Below the pieces are notes generated by a model. The model did no database searches, had not been told where the DNA came from, and worked only from the letters and a program-made list of their open reading frames with translations. A DNA stretch of 59,862 bases, counting the filler, from Catajapyx aquilonaris (lineage: Eukaryota): assembly GCA_000934665.2 (NCBI GenBank). It is 2 parts of 2 records of this genome, joined end to end, with 100 filler letters (N's around TTAATTAATTAA, not from the genome) between each part and the next. Parts side by side here need not be neighbours in the genome. Positions count along the whole stretch, not along the records: positions 1 to 29,882 come from KZ539202.1; 1 more part is not named here. One strand, given 5' to 3'. Each line of letters starts with the position of its first letter. The first letter of the stretch is position 1. A program made the translations under genes and the position numbers. Positions 1-13,138 of the stretch are shown here, piece by piece.

Positions 1-90
1 AAACCCCTGGGGCATATGTCGGGGCCTCCGTACGGATTTGCATAGCGAATAACAGGAGAGACAGACATACGTCTAGAAATATGTATTAGA
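1..90 (-). mobile_element. Probable 5' end of a non-autonomous Helitron-like element, truncated by the window edge
   Basis: The reverse complement reads a|TCTAATACATATTTCTAGACGTATGTCTGTCTC. This gives an A|TC start, an AT-rich leader and a TGTC microsatellite-like tract, similar in layout to the element at 1045-1705. Confidence 0.3.
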
Positions 91-499
91 TGGTACTTGA
101 CATCACCATTATTAATTATTATATTATTGCAGAATATAGAAAAGTAATGACAACAACAGTGACGTAATATGCACACATTGCATAGCAGTAATAATGCAAG
201 AACAATTCATAAAACAAACAAGGTTTGACAACAACAATAAAGCTCACAAATCGTACAGTACCTAACTACCTATTGGCAATTATTCTGAAGATGGCTACCC
301 TTCTTTTGATCAACAAACACTGTCAAGAGATCGATTCGAACGTGCTTCATGTGCAGAGAGTTCTTAGCATTTTTCTCACCGATTTAACCAGGTAAGTTAA
401 TCACACCTTGTTCCCGAAGTCAGTCACATTTACATGCTCGCACCTTCGAGCCCAGCTGTACAGACAATCCTTCTTGATTCTGTTCCATGAACTGAAAAT

Positions 500-1027
500 G
501 TGACCATGAATTCCTCACTCTTAAAAGACGTCGACACGATGCAAGAACCCGAGAATGACGCGAATGACAAAGAAGAGTGTTTGGCAATGCATCTAAGCTC
601 ATCTCTTACATGTCTGCCCAATAAGGAAAAGGAAGATTCCTACGATGAAGACTCACTGGACGAGGGTTATGCTAAGGGCGACATGAGTGAAGATTCCCTG
701 GAAGCACATAGAGATGAGCTAGAAGATGACACCGAACATCTTAAGCTGCTGCTACCAGATGTGATAAAAAGACGTGACTTGCAACCGTGTCTGGGTGAGA
801 ATTCGCTGACACCTCCAGGGATGCCCCCGGTGCTTCCATCGTTACTTCCAGTACCGGTCAAGCGAACCCTGAAGCAAGTGCGGTCTGACACGAAAGAAGA
901 AGAGGACGCAAACGCAGAGAAACTTCCGTATGCCATATCTCTTCCAAAGATGAAGGATATGCTCCGTCGGAATCATCGTCGAACCCCAATCCAGCTTACC
1001 ACGAATATGCCCGAGGTGTATTTTTAA
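500..1027 (+). CDS. Acidic, low-complexity ORF or coding exon of an unidentified gene
   Basis: 175-codon open frame in AT-rich DNA, with a D/E-rich N-half (EDSYDEDSLDE, EDSLEAHRDELEDD) and a Pro-rich middle. ATG at 506 is in an ACC-ATG context. A possible donor GAG|GTGTAT lies near 1015 and an upstream donor CAG|GTAAGT at ~391. No domain recognised. Confidence 0.45.
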   Translation: MTMNSSLLKDVDTMQEPENDANDKEECLAMHLSSSLTCLPNKEKEDSYDEDSLDEGYAKGDMSEDSLEAHRDELEDDTEHLKLLLPDVIKRRDLQPCLGENSLTPPGMPPVLPSLLPVPVKRTLKQVRSDTKEEEDANAEKLPYAISLPKMKDMLRRNHRRTPIQLTTNMPEVYF

Positions 1028-1192
1028 ACGTTGTGTTTGTTACATCTTACATTAGTCTATATGAATCAGAAAGTTTGTTTGCATGTTTTTGTATGTGACT
1101 GCGACCTAACCTAATCCACTTCCGGAGCACTGAGAGTGCCGGCACTGAAACTTGGCACACTGACATGTGACATCTTACGGTCCGCTGATTTA

Positions 1193-1318
1193 GGGCCGGT
1201 TTCACCGAGCTCGGTATGTGATAAAACCAGCTTTATTTCGGAAAATCCCTACATATTTGTATGGATTTTATGCAACAAACTTGGTTTTATCATATACCGA
1301 GCTCGGTGAAACCGGCCC
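1193..1318. mobile_element. PIF/Harbinger (Tourist-like) MITE
   Basis: Near-perfect TIRs GGGCCGGTTTCACCGAGCTCGGTAT.TGATAAAACCA, with TTA target-site duplication at 1190-1192 and 1319-1321. Confidence 0.85.
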
Positions 1319-1395
1319 TTAGGGAAAAGTCCGAAACTGTAATTTTTTAAAAAGTATAAATAATACCCAAAATTCAGTTTGTTGTGTTGTTATTA

Positions 1396-1618
1396 CTGCC
1401 GTCAGATGTGAGAGGACCGTAACTCAATATCCACTTCCCTTGCGGCGAGAAAAGAAAGCAAGTGTTACCGAAAGCATCCAACAGGTGGCGTTGGGAGAAG
1501 GGGGGAAAGGAACGGCATCCCAACTCCACCTGTTGGGTGCTTTTGGTACCACTGCTTTCTTTTCTCGCCGCAAGGGGAAGTGGACATTGAGTTACGGTCT
1601 TCTCATATCTGACGGCAG
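1396..1618. mobile_element. Fold-back MITE with ~100-bp inverted arms and 4-bp TSD (superfamily uncertain, possibly Sola-like)
   Basis: CTGCCGTCAGAT...ATCTGACGGCAG termini; the arms pair almost to the centre. ATTA is duplicated at 1392-1395 and 1619-1622. Confidence 0.8.
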
Positions 1619-1779
1619 ATTAGGCCTATATTATGTTTGGTGATCTGCGGCAAGTGTGTCATAGTTAGTTATGACTCACCGTGCGAAGAACGGATCTCCT
1701 GCTAGTTTAAGCACAAGTTTTAAGTCGTTTTATGGCCACACTGGGTCATTTTCAAACGAAATTCTCCCGCCAAGAGGAG

Positions 1780-2980
1780 CTGGCAACGTCGCTTATGACG
1801 TCACTTCACAGGTGGCGCGTTCTAAAACGCGTGACTGGGTTCACTTTTAATCAATTCTTGGATAATGCAATAAATGCTCTGAAATTGCTTACGGAGCTTA
1901 ACAAATACACAATCTATAATATTAAAATCCTTGCGGGAGTTGGCCGAGCCCTCTGATTGGTCTGCCGCATATTGTTACCGCCACCTCCCCATTGGCCCGC
2001 GTTCTACTCATGCGCAATGGGGTGTAAACAACTCCTGTTGGGTTGCCGGGGAAACTGTCCATTACCCGGCGATATGGTGCGCCGAATAGGTACCCCAGGC
2101 CGTAGGCCTAGAAAAGAGCGAGAGTTTTTCTATAGTTTTATATCTAAAATTGAGCTGAACACTATCTCGTAAAATTTTATGCGTGGCAATGTTCACAATC
2201 TGATGTAATGAGCGGGTTCCTCATCAGCTATTAAGCGCCATAATATAATTTCTGACAGGTGTTACATCAGTATTAGTGCGGTTTTTTTTTAAATACCGAG
2301 CCTTGCAGCTTTATTCTCTGGAGGTAGAATAGGATTAGAGGCTATTAAAATTTTGTTGTAACTTTTAATGATAGTGTGTTGGTTGGCTTCTCTTCTCATA
2401 CCTCCTTGTGTTGATGAACCGATTAATATATATTTTGTACCGTTTCCCAGCACCTCGTCGTGTATACCGAGTGAGCATGGTTCGGACCTGCCCACATCAC
2501 TTCCTGTGCCCCCCACAACCCCCATCCACCCCTCCCAATAATAATCTTTACTGTGAGAAAACTGGGTCCGGTTTCGCCAAGGATGAACCTTCCTGCAGTC
2601 CAATTCCAGGCAGGTTATTCCGTTCCAAATCAGATAAAATGGCGCCTACGGTACGGTTCAGGAAGTTCGTAACCAGCCAACGACAACCGGAGACCTCTGT
2701 GCCGGTCTAACTGGTATTTAAAAAAAGTCAAGCACAGAATAAAAACCGAACTGAAGACATCCGTTTCAGGGAGGAGATGATTATTCGAAAGAGGTTTATT
2801 AGATGTATTTGGCGTATAATGATTGCGGGTGTTGCCCGGGTTTACACAACCATGAGCCCCTTGTAAATAATTTAAAATGTTAATATCAGACTAACAAAAC
2901 TACATTTTTACCGTTGAATATCCATGACTGAATTACTGAACGCACCTGATGACGTCACGCAAGAGCCCGGATGTAGCCAG
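1780..2980. promoter_or_regulatory. CpG-rich promoter-like region
   Basis: Two perfect CRE palindromes TGACGTCA (1796-1803, 2950-2957), reverse CCAAT boxes (ATTGG ~1956, ~1991), a YY1-like AAAATGGCG (2636-2644), ETS-like CAGGAAGT/CCGGATGT, and CpG visibly higher than in the flanks. Confidence 0.4.
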
Positions 2981-5900
2981 TTGCCCTGAAGGCATTAGTT
3001 ATGAACATTAGCTAGATGTATTTTCATATTTTTGTCTGCTAATAATGGCAGAAAACATATTTTTCGCAAATATGGTAGTTTCTGCAAACATTTCCTCGTA
3101 TTGGTATCAGTTTGTGACAGTTTGGCGCACTCTACAGAGCCTATTCCGTGGCCTATTCATTCCGGTAGTTATATTAGCTACACCATTAAACTTGTTATTA
3201 GTCGGCGTCCCCTCTTTTTTTTCCTCCCATTCATTTCGTGGAAGCCGGACAATGAGGTCGTAATTCGCCTCGGGTCCGACTCAGGGGCCGCCCCTGGGCC
3301 CGCCCCGGTGCCCTGCCCCTTCTGGAATGTTTGATGAGTAGTTAGGTAAGACGGGGGAGGTCGAATCGGGGCTGGGAAGGCTGGGGGATTGGGACAGAAG
3401 ACATGTTCTATTTTTGCAGGTAAAAGGTATTGGGTTCACATGAAAGTCGTTTGTCGTTTTCTGTGGCTGCATTCGTTCAATAGTCTTTGGCAGACAACTT
3501 GGTCTTTATTCCATCCAATTCCTTGGTTTCAAATGCCAACATATTCTCCTCTCTAGGGATTCTAGGAATGAAATGTTCACCCATTGTACTGATATATCAC
3601 ACAGAATATAGGAACACAGAATATTCCTTCTGCCCCGGTCGGATCATTTTTGGTGCGGAGGTCCTGGTGAAGTTGAGATCAAGAGATACAAGCACTTGTC
3701 CACATTATGATTGCACTTCCCATTCTCCTCTGGAAAAGATGATTTGAGGAGTTGTGCTCTTAAAGGACTCCAGTGGGTCCAGGGAGAAATCCTCCACCAA
3801 GCTAACATTGCATGTGTAAATGGTTTATGTTTCAGCTTTGTATTCAACCAGTCGCAGTGGTGAATTACTGATCAATGTATGTGTGGGTATTGACATGACA
3901 CACTAATGTCAATGCAGCCGTTGTATTTTAATGGTGATATTGGTTCTTGTGACTCAAATGGCTTGTGTAGGTATATTGTCAACTTGGATTCAGCTTCCAT
4001 TATAAACAAATAACGAGGTGGTTTGCAACCTTGAAATGACCAAACAGCCATGGTTCATATTTTACAGTGCAATATTATTACTGAGCATTTCAAGGCAACA
4101 ATTGCAACATTCCTATATAGTGCATTAGCATTCCTGTTTAAAGCGTTTTCTTTGGTTTATTTGATTCCAGACATCATAAAAGATTCCAGTCATACAAGAA
4201 TAGATTAGTGCTCCATTGTAGTAGCAAAATGAGATTGCAACATATCAACATAATATTCACCCCCTGTACTGTATATCTCCCTCCCTGCTTAACATGTTTT
4301 TTTCTCCTTTCTGTGCTAATGCTTGAACACAAGTTAAAGGCCACCACAGAGCCACAATTGGGGCAGGTAACTCAACAAAATGTCTTTCCAGGTGAAAACA
4401 ATCATCAGTAGGAAATAATCCGTCGGTGGCATACAATTTAACCAAGTGAAACTACACTTGGGTTAAATTCACATGCACATCAGATAAATCTGGGCGTTGC
4501 AGGTCCAAAAATTGTGCTTTATCCAGCTTTTTTTTAAAATAGCATCATTACGAGTCTTCAAGAGCAAATCCCACTTGAGAGTAGTGTTCATTTAGTGATA
4601 AATAACATCCAAAAAGGCAGAATTAGTCAAAAGACAGTCAAAACCACAAAATGCCTCATTATATTGCCGTACTTCCTCCACCAGTAATTGTTGTAACCTG
4701 ACCACTGGCGTTAACTGCTCGGACGTGTTGGCTTGAAATTCCCGCTGAACATTAGCTTGGCTAGCAGCAGGGCTTTGACTGGGAAGAATCTATTCCTCCG
4801 CATCCATATCAGTACCAGTATTCAGAGAACCATTTACATACACATTAAGCACTAAGAATGTTTGTCACAGAGATAAGGTTGCTGCGTTGCTTCTTGAAAT
4901 CCGACATCGTGTTCTGGGATTGGCTTGTTCTAGCTAGTCTTAATCTTCTTCAGGGTTTCCATGGAGGCCACATGACATTTGCGGGTCTCATATGAGCTAA
5001 ATATATTTTATCTTGAATATGTGCATATATTTTCGTCTTGAAATGGTTTCACAAATTAATGTCTTCATGGAGCGGATTATTTAAAGATTGGAAATGGTAT
5101 TGACAGAAAATTCTTTGGTATCTGGACCAAAGGTTATAATAATGCCCCATTTTAAATATACATCTCCAGTGTGGAAATACTGTGTCCGGCCCTTTACAGT
5201 GTGGTGCAAACTGGTTGAATATTTATGACGTTTTTGGTCAGTTTACATATACTGTAAGTGTTTCTTGACTAATTTTATGTGTATATTCTGGTGTAACTCA
5301 AGATGGAGGGAAGATGTTATCTCTCTCTCTAACAATGTGTCTAACGTCAATGCCTTATTGCAAGCAACTGAATGCAATATTCACCAATATTAGTATTTTT
5401 ATATCTTCTACACAAATGAGAGTGACTCCTGTAAAAGTTATTATTTGTGCAGCTATGTCGGTAGGGGGTGTCAGTCTCATTCTATCATAGTGGCATGAGG
5501 CAGTAATTGTCTGATGTGTTGCATTTAATATTTACATGCAACAGCATCTGATTTGAATTTTAAAAAGAGTAAGGAAACTTATTACATTTGCTCTAAGTTG
5601 AAACATACTATAGTTGGGATTATTCAACCAAAATAATGTTCATACTTTTCAAGTATGAGTCCATTACTTGGTCATTACTAGATGATGATGTGATGCTTTT
5701 GTATGTTTGTGGCTAGATCTGCATCAAGTGACCATCACATCTGTGTGACTGAATATTGCTACTGGCAGTGCACACAAATGCATTTGAAGCATTTTAACAG
5801 AATGTGTCACCAAAGTCTGCACAATGGCATGATAAATATGATGAAAAATGTGCCTTATTGGCACAGCTGTCAAGCAGTGCCATTGATTGCTTTCCTCCAG

Positions 5901-8900
5901 TCTGCCGCACTTTGCTGTCCTTCTCCATCATTTACAGGAATTCGCATGGGGATTATTTGCGGCATTAATTGTCCTGCGTGACTACTCTTCAACCACACCA
6001 CGGCCGGCTGCGTGTGCCATTTGGCTTTGTAATCTGCGGAGTGCCATTTTGGTTTGTAATCATGCAAGTCAAATATCAGGTTGGGCTTCTTCCTGTGAGA
6101 TGAATTTTGCAATTTTGCAAAAGCAAAGCATATCCTTACACAGGTAAATTACAATCTAAATATTTAAATATAATGTTAGCATGTGCACTTGAAATACTGT
6201 TCAGAATGGGGATCTGTCATACTATTTGATAATTTTCCATCACTGAATTTGATTATTATCTGTTGACTGAAATAATCGGTACACCGGGTGTTGAATATTC
6301 TTTGCCCAATTTCTTTTACAATAATTGTCTTTCATACTAGGCGAATGTGGTGACCACAATTCACTGTTTGTTTGTTGCAGGGCAATACAATCACACAGGA
6401 GTGTATGGGCGTTGTGCTGAACATGATATGTTCAGGACACAACAATTATGATGACACAAATATGCAGATGTGCTTGGGGTTTACTGCACGAAATGTACTA
6501 CTCTGCGGTGGTGTTTCTTAGGTGACGTTCTCTTTTAGTCTCTCAGTGACATTAATACCCAGCGTCTTCAAGTATATTTTGACGATGGTGCTGCTTTATT
6601 AACTTTTGCCCTAAGACCATCTTAACTCCTTTCTGCTCTTACACAGGCCGTTGTTAGCCGTTTAAGTTACATTGACTAGTAATATTTATGAGATGGAAGA
6701 GGAAAGGTTGCCACATGTTCATCACAATAGTCGGGCTCATCAGTATAGTGTCTTGGCATATGTTCTGTGCATGTGGGAAATATGTATATGACAATTTAAT
6801 TTAGCTAATAGTAGCTATATGGTCTACATACTTACAAGGATATGATTTATGCAGTTTATTAACAACATTAATTGTTGCATTTTGGGATGTGTTCCATGGT
6901 ATTATCCATAGTCTTGCAGATATTTTCTTTTGACGCCACCGATGAATGAAGAAAGTAGGGACTCATGCCATGCCCCTAAGTGGGACTTGTGCATCAAGCG
7001 TTTTGACAAAACAAGTTGCTGTGTGTAGGCTACAGGTCATGCAGCTACTACCTCCACACTGCCAACAAACCTTCTTGTCCTCTTCGCCTTGTAACGATCA
7101 ACATCTCATGCAACCTGTTTTCAATCCTTCTGACACTCTGGGAAATCCCAGGAACGTCCACCGATAGTCCTACCACGTCATACTCTTGGTCGCTTTTGGC
7201 TGCAGTCTTCAGCATAGTTGCCTAGCCTGTTTTGAATTGGGAATTTTTTTTTCGAGCCCCTTTATCGCAGGAAGTTTTGTTTAGGCCACTAATAATAGCA
7301 AGGGAGTGATTCTACTGTTAAAATGAGGTTGTATGTGTTTATAGTAAGAAATCACACAGCCGTTGCGTCGGGATTACGCTTGAGTATGTGAGACATTAAA
7401 TTTGTTCAGAATAAGAGGGAATGCACAAGTACATCATGGTTTGTTACTTGGGAGAGCGTCTGAATTTTTCATCGATCTGGTTGGCGCCGACGGTAGACAC
7501 TTGTTGTGAATTTGTTACACTTGATTCGGCTCTGCTGGGGGTAGGGATGCTTGTATTTGCCCCTACTTCAAGGTGTTTTGGACACCACATTTAGATACAT
7601 TTTTGAGACCTTGTTCATATTATTTTGGGCGCGGTTTTTGGTGTCGATTCTTTTCTCACCTTTACAAATGATATATTTGAACCCCAGTATAGGCTTGGTT
7701 GGCTGGTTTTTCCATGCTCGAGTCACATCGTCTTCCATCTCATCTCAGCTGCGTAGACTCTGAGGCAACACACGCACGTCACCCTGCACGTCACAATACT
7801 GTTGTCTATGTCTGGAATTGATCATTCCCTGAATGGAACCTATCTGAATGCGACTTAATTACTATTACACCTTACCATAGTGTTTCACAAGGAATGGTTT
7901 CAAACCAAGTCCAGTTCATGCATTGATAGTTCCTGCTAAATAGACTCAAATGAGAGTTGACCAGATTCAATATTATTCTCACTATCATTAAACATGATTT
8001 AATCATCGCAGTAGATCTGTTCGTTTAATCTTTAATACAACATAATTTACATCGTGGGTGCTCTCGACAGAGTGTATGGTTACCTGGTCGTGTGTGTAAT
8101 TTGTGCCTGTTGCCACTACTTGTGTTGTCCGTTGATATGACATGATCCGATTTAACAGATCCATTCCCATGGAAGTGCACACACTCAAGTGAGGCATGTA
8201 TGTATAGTACTTACCAATATGATTGCATACTTCAATGTGTGTAAGAAATTTTTGTGCAAATTGAATATTAATAGAGTCGTTAGGTGAATGCTAGGCAGGT
8301 GCGTTACTTGCTTGGTTTGTCCGCATGTTGGTGTTCTTTGTCGTGTGTTAGCTACATGCCTTTCAAAGGAAAATATAAACAATTACGACGTGAAATTAGT
8401 TCTCTCGTTATGTCATTGTTGCTTGTGACGGACTTGGCAGTGCCTCAGAACTTGTTAGATCACTGCTGTGAGCTCAATTCACAGCGATTCCGTGTCTCAG
8501 CAGGAAGTGTTGCGCTACTAAGCTTACCATTATTGCATCCGCAGTCTCATAGATGATTAACTTATTAATGGCAAATCAGTTATTTTCACGCATACGAATT
8601 ATTTAACATACTTTGGTGCCCTGTTGACAGTCACGTTGCATTTATGAAGTTATATTAGCTGCACCAATAAATTAATATCAGTTGGGGTCACGCTTATCTT
8701 TTTCCTCACTAACATTATAAGTTGGAGGCCGCATTAAAATGACAAACTTCGACCCTGGTCCAACACAGGGTCCGCTCCCGGGACCTGCCCCTGTTGGGAG
8801 TTTCGAGTGAGGGGGAGAGGGGACACTGGGGGGTCCGGTATGAGGATGTCCATCCACACTCTGTCGTAATCCGCCATTACCTCTATTATGTCCGTATCTA

Positions 8901-11900
8901 TCGTGGTAATGACTGGTGGTGTTGGTGGGTTTAGTCAGGTGAGACTGGGCGAAGGCGAGTTGCTACTGGAGGAACCCTTCGGTGGTTTGTCATCTTAAAT
9001 ATTGTGGTACTGTGGTGTTTGACACAATGAGATGTCCAGTGGTACTATGCTATTGTTCAACAATGGTCTGATCTTTCCTGTTTCTTATGTCATGGGGGGC
9101 ATAAAATGAGGAGTAATTGCCATGGCACTGCAGTATTTACGTCTATACTTGTGTGAAGTGTTTCCCTTGCTATAATAATTATTGGCGGCCGGGATGAGTT
9201 AGTGGTTTCTGCTCATTTAAAAGAGTCATCTATATTTTGGAATAAGCTCTTAGTAGTTTCTCTTCAAATATGTATTTCACCCTATAACACCCTGCTGAGA
9301 AATTCTCGATCTGAAGGGTTTTCAAAATAGAGGTCAAAAGGTCAAGGTAGGATGGTGGCGAGATAATGGATGGGGTCCCACAAGGCAGGAGGTAGGTCGC
9401 GGCGGATGCGCCCAAAGACAGCAGGTGGGAGGTGGCTGTCTGCAGTTGAAACCGTATGATTAATAATGGATGTATCACTCTTTTCTGAGAGTTCAGTCGC
9501 GAACGAATAACGTCAGTGTGGTGGAACACTGATACAGTCGCATGAACCAGTAACACTTACATAAGTATTTAACACTGAATATATTTCATTGCCTTTTTAT
9601 TACGCCCAGCAAAAACGATTGAAGGCATCTGATTATGATAATAAACTCTTGATGAAGTAACATCAAATATTATTTATCTGAGATATTAAACTGAATGCCT
9701 CCATGTAGCTACTGTTGCGTCTGGCTTTGGCATCGGTCTTCTTGGTGTGAAATGTTGCAACACTTTCCGTTGGCCTATTGTCCACCTTATGTAATCCTCA
9801 CCTGATTATACAGGTACAACTGGCACTCATATTATCACATCATCATCATCATTATGACCGTGTATTATGATTCACATTATTATTATTATTGCACACCAGG
9901 GACTCACATTGTTAATTAATTATGGTGACGATTAATAAGTTCAAGGATGACCTGCTGAAGGAGGTCATATTACGACGTTGGCTTGACGTTGTTTGGTAAC
10001 AGGCAGGGTAGGATATGGTGACGGGAGCGCGGCAGTTGTGACTAAGTACTGTTATGGCTGGTTACGAATTCAATACGAGGTCGTTATGGAGAGCATCCTG
10101 ATCCTGCAAGATGTGAAATCTATTCAGATAGGCCAGGCCAGTTTGCGACTGTTGGAGACACAAGTCCACCTGTTGGTCTGCCTTTGTATTGTAGGAGATG
10201 AAGTCAAGTAAATAGCAAATAATCCTGCCATCCTGTTTTTCATGTGTGACATCATATCCTTAAGAGTAACTGGCATTGTAATGTCAGCTCTCAGGGTTTA
10301 TGATTTAGTGTCATACTTGTCGTCAGATATGATGGTTTCTGTGTGCTGCATATCATCCTTTGGGATTTCGTCGTCCGAGTTTGTACCTCCTGGGAACACC
10401 TGTGCTGGCAACTGGCCACATCACTTGGACCTCTGTCCCCAGCGGCCAGAACATTGTCCACCTTGTCGGACTCTGTGATTGTTATAAATTGTGGATCCAG
10501 GTTGTCAGGTGTTGGGATCAGGACAAAGCGTGAACCTCGAGAGTCAACTCAACGGTTTGTAACCAGTGACTTCTGTTGTACTACTTCATTGCTTTTGGAG
10601 TAAGTACCAAATGACCCCCATGCTTGTGGTCGAAATATGCGAAAAACCTTTTGTCGAATCTAGTCTGCCTCTTAAATAAGTCAGCCTGGTTACCAAATGA
10701 TAAGAATAATAAATTGATATCGTAATATCCCGCGGCATCATGCAGGCCCCCGGATATATACATACGAGTTTACTATTAGTGAAAGCATTAGTTTTCAACG
10801 TTAGCTGACTTAACCATATTGAAGCTCATTTGGATTTTACTTGTGATCATGTTTTATTCAGGCTTGAAACAATGGGCGCATTGTGTTATTTTTTCTTGTA
10901 GCATTATTAGGGATGGTCAGCCATTTTAATACAACACCTTTGAACATTCCTGTTGTAATACAGCTGGTGAATAATTATTAAGAAAGTAGCAACTTTTGAC
11001 CAGTCGCGCTTGTGGAGGTATACCTATATCGTTGAGTGGTTCAGCTGAAATATTGTGGTTTATAATATCAACTTCTTCCGGTTTGACCGCTCGTGTTGTT
11101 TAATGTCCTGAAACATAATTATGATCGTTCTAGACTTTAATGCGTATAAAAACCCAACTCACATACTATAAAGTAAAATAGTATTTCGAATTTGATTTTA
11201 TTACTACAGTCGCTCAACAACTTTGTCCTTATTATTGTTCAAATTCAGATTCGCAACAGCAGTGGTTGAAAAACACGTCGAATTTGCGATGTTGCATATT
11301 GAAATCTCACGCCAGAAAATATGCTGCCAATTTGCCATTTTGAGGCCAACAAGACAGGCGGCAGTGGAGATAATTTTGACTTTTGCAGGTCCTTGCTTAA
11401 AGTTGTAGTGAAATAGGGTAAACCCTTCGTGAATTAACATGAAATATTTATCCCAGAGATATTGCGCTTGATTTCCCCTTTGTGGTTAGTGATGCCTGTG
11501 ACTTATGCATTGGTTTGCTTGGTGTGTAATTTTGACGCACTTTCCGCTGGGCATTGGTCCCATGGAATCCTCATCTGATCCTCTCTGTTCACAGTAATGA
11601 TGAGTTACTATAATTATGTATCATTGCACCTGCCCACCAAGTCAGGCAGTCCATTTCATGTCATGATTTTGTCGCAGCTCATGCTGCGTACACTTTACAT
11701 GCACTTCCATGTTGCCTATTTTGATCCCAGGGGACGATATCATATATTCCATTTGCGCTTTGGTGATTGCCAAAAGTGAATCTGTAAATGCATTCATTGC
11801 AACTCTGTGAATTAGATTCAGATTCCAAAATCAAAATGCTGTTGCTATAGAACCAGGGAATGTCTGCCAGTCTACTTACACCATGCTTTTTGACGGTGAT

Positions 11901-12576
11901 CACGTACGTCAACGGCCACTTCACGCCGCGTAGGTTAATTTTTTCATGGGGTGCAGAGTCTGCATCTTTCATTGGTCCAATTGATGCGTGTTGTGAACTC
12001 CAATCTCAGTATTTGTTCCGTTTTTCAGGGAGTCTTAGATACCGAATTGGCTTGCATGAGTGAGAACTTTTCCGATTGTCTTGATACACTTTGCAGAGAG
12101 TTTGGTGCTTTGGACGTGTCTACTGCATATGGCCTACTGTTACCTCCGCAGCTGTGAATCACTAGATGACTTTGCTTCGTCGGAATCGGCTCTTATTTAT
12201 AGCTTCTACCAAGAGCTTGCTTCTACATAATTGTTCGAATATAATGAACATCACATGGACGGCGGCATACTTCAATGTTCTGAACTTGGGTCATTCCTGT
12301 TCCGGTCAAATGTGTCGTGATGAACCGACATATTGCGTCGGCTGATGGGATCACTATGCCTTCATTTTGGCTGTGTACCTTTGTGCCTCATGTAGTTTTG
12401 ACCCAAGATCACTTTTCTTCCGAAGGTGAATGTCTATCCCGATGTGCTGAGGTCCATTATTTAGAGGAGTCCCATATCGGGGGTGTCAGTCTTTCACAAT
12501 TCGCGCAACTTTGTTCGTGGAGGCAGATTTCATGCCTTAGACTTAGGGTTTACGGCGAGATATGTACTGTCTAGGT

Positions 12577-13138
12577 CAGCGGTTCCCAACCTTTTTTCAC
12601 TTACGTACCCTCTGGCGGCCCATTCCCATAAATTGTACCCCTCATCCCTAATGGAGAATGTTTGTAATAAATACCTGCTGTTATTTAAAATATAGGCTGT
12701 AACTGGAAATAAATTAATCAGTAATGGGATAATAATGCAAAGCAACAATAAGATATACAAAGCATATATTTTTACATTCAAATTCAAATGATACTTAAAG
12801 ATTAACATGTAATTATTATTAATAGTTAATATGCGCACACACTTCCATATATTTGGAATCTTGTTTCATGAATAACATAACACACAGGAAATGTTCAGTG
12901 AGATCCTTGACCTTGTTTTGAAGCACATAATTTCTTGAAATCTGGTTCAATTGATGTCAGATACAGTCTCAAATCTGGACTTGCACTGAGCTTATTGCGG
13001 TATTAATTTTTTATGATATATTGATTAATATAATATAATATATTGATTAATTCGCCATTGCTCCTTTTCTTTGGCGTACCCCTGACCATCCTGCGGCGTA
13101 CCCCCGGGGGTACGCGTACCCCAGGTTGGGAACCGCTG
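12577..13138 (-). mobile_element. Non-autonomous hAT (Buster/Charlie-type) element with a transposase C-terminal remnant
   Basis: TIRs CAGCGGTTCCCAACCT / AGGTTGGGAACCGCTG and an 8-bp TSD GTCTAGGT (12569-12576, 13139-13146). Minus strand ~12895-13005 translates YRNKLSASPDLRLYLTSIEPDFKKLCASKQGQGSH*, typical of Buster-type transposase C-termini. Confidence 0.9.

Larger units (their letters stand above)
1045..1705 (+). mobile_element. Non-autonomous Helitron-like element carrying two nested MITEs
   Basis: A|TC 5' end followed by ...GAAAGTTTGTTTGCATG. The 3' end CCGTGCGAAGAACGG-ATCTCCTG-CTAG|T has a short hairpin plus CTAG and sits in an A|T site. The same 3' end recurs at ~37452-37479. Confidence 0.6.
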
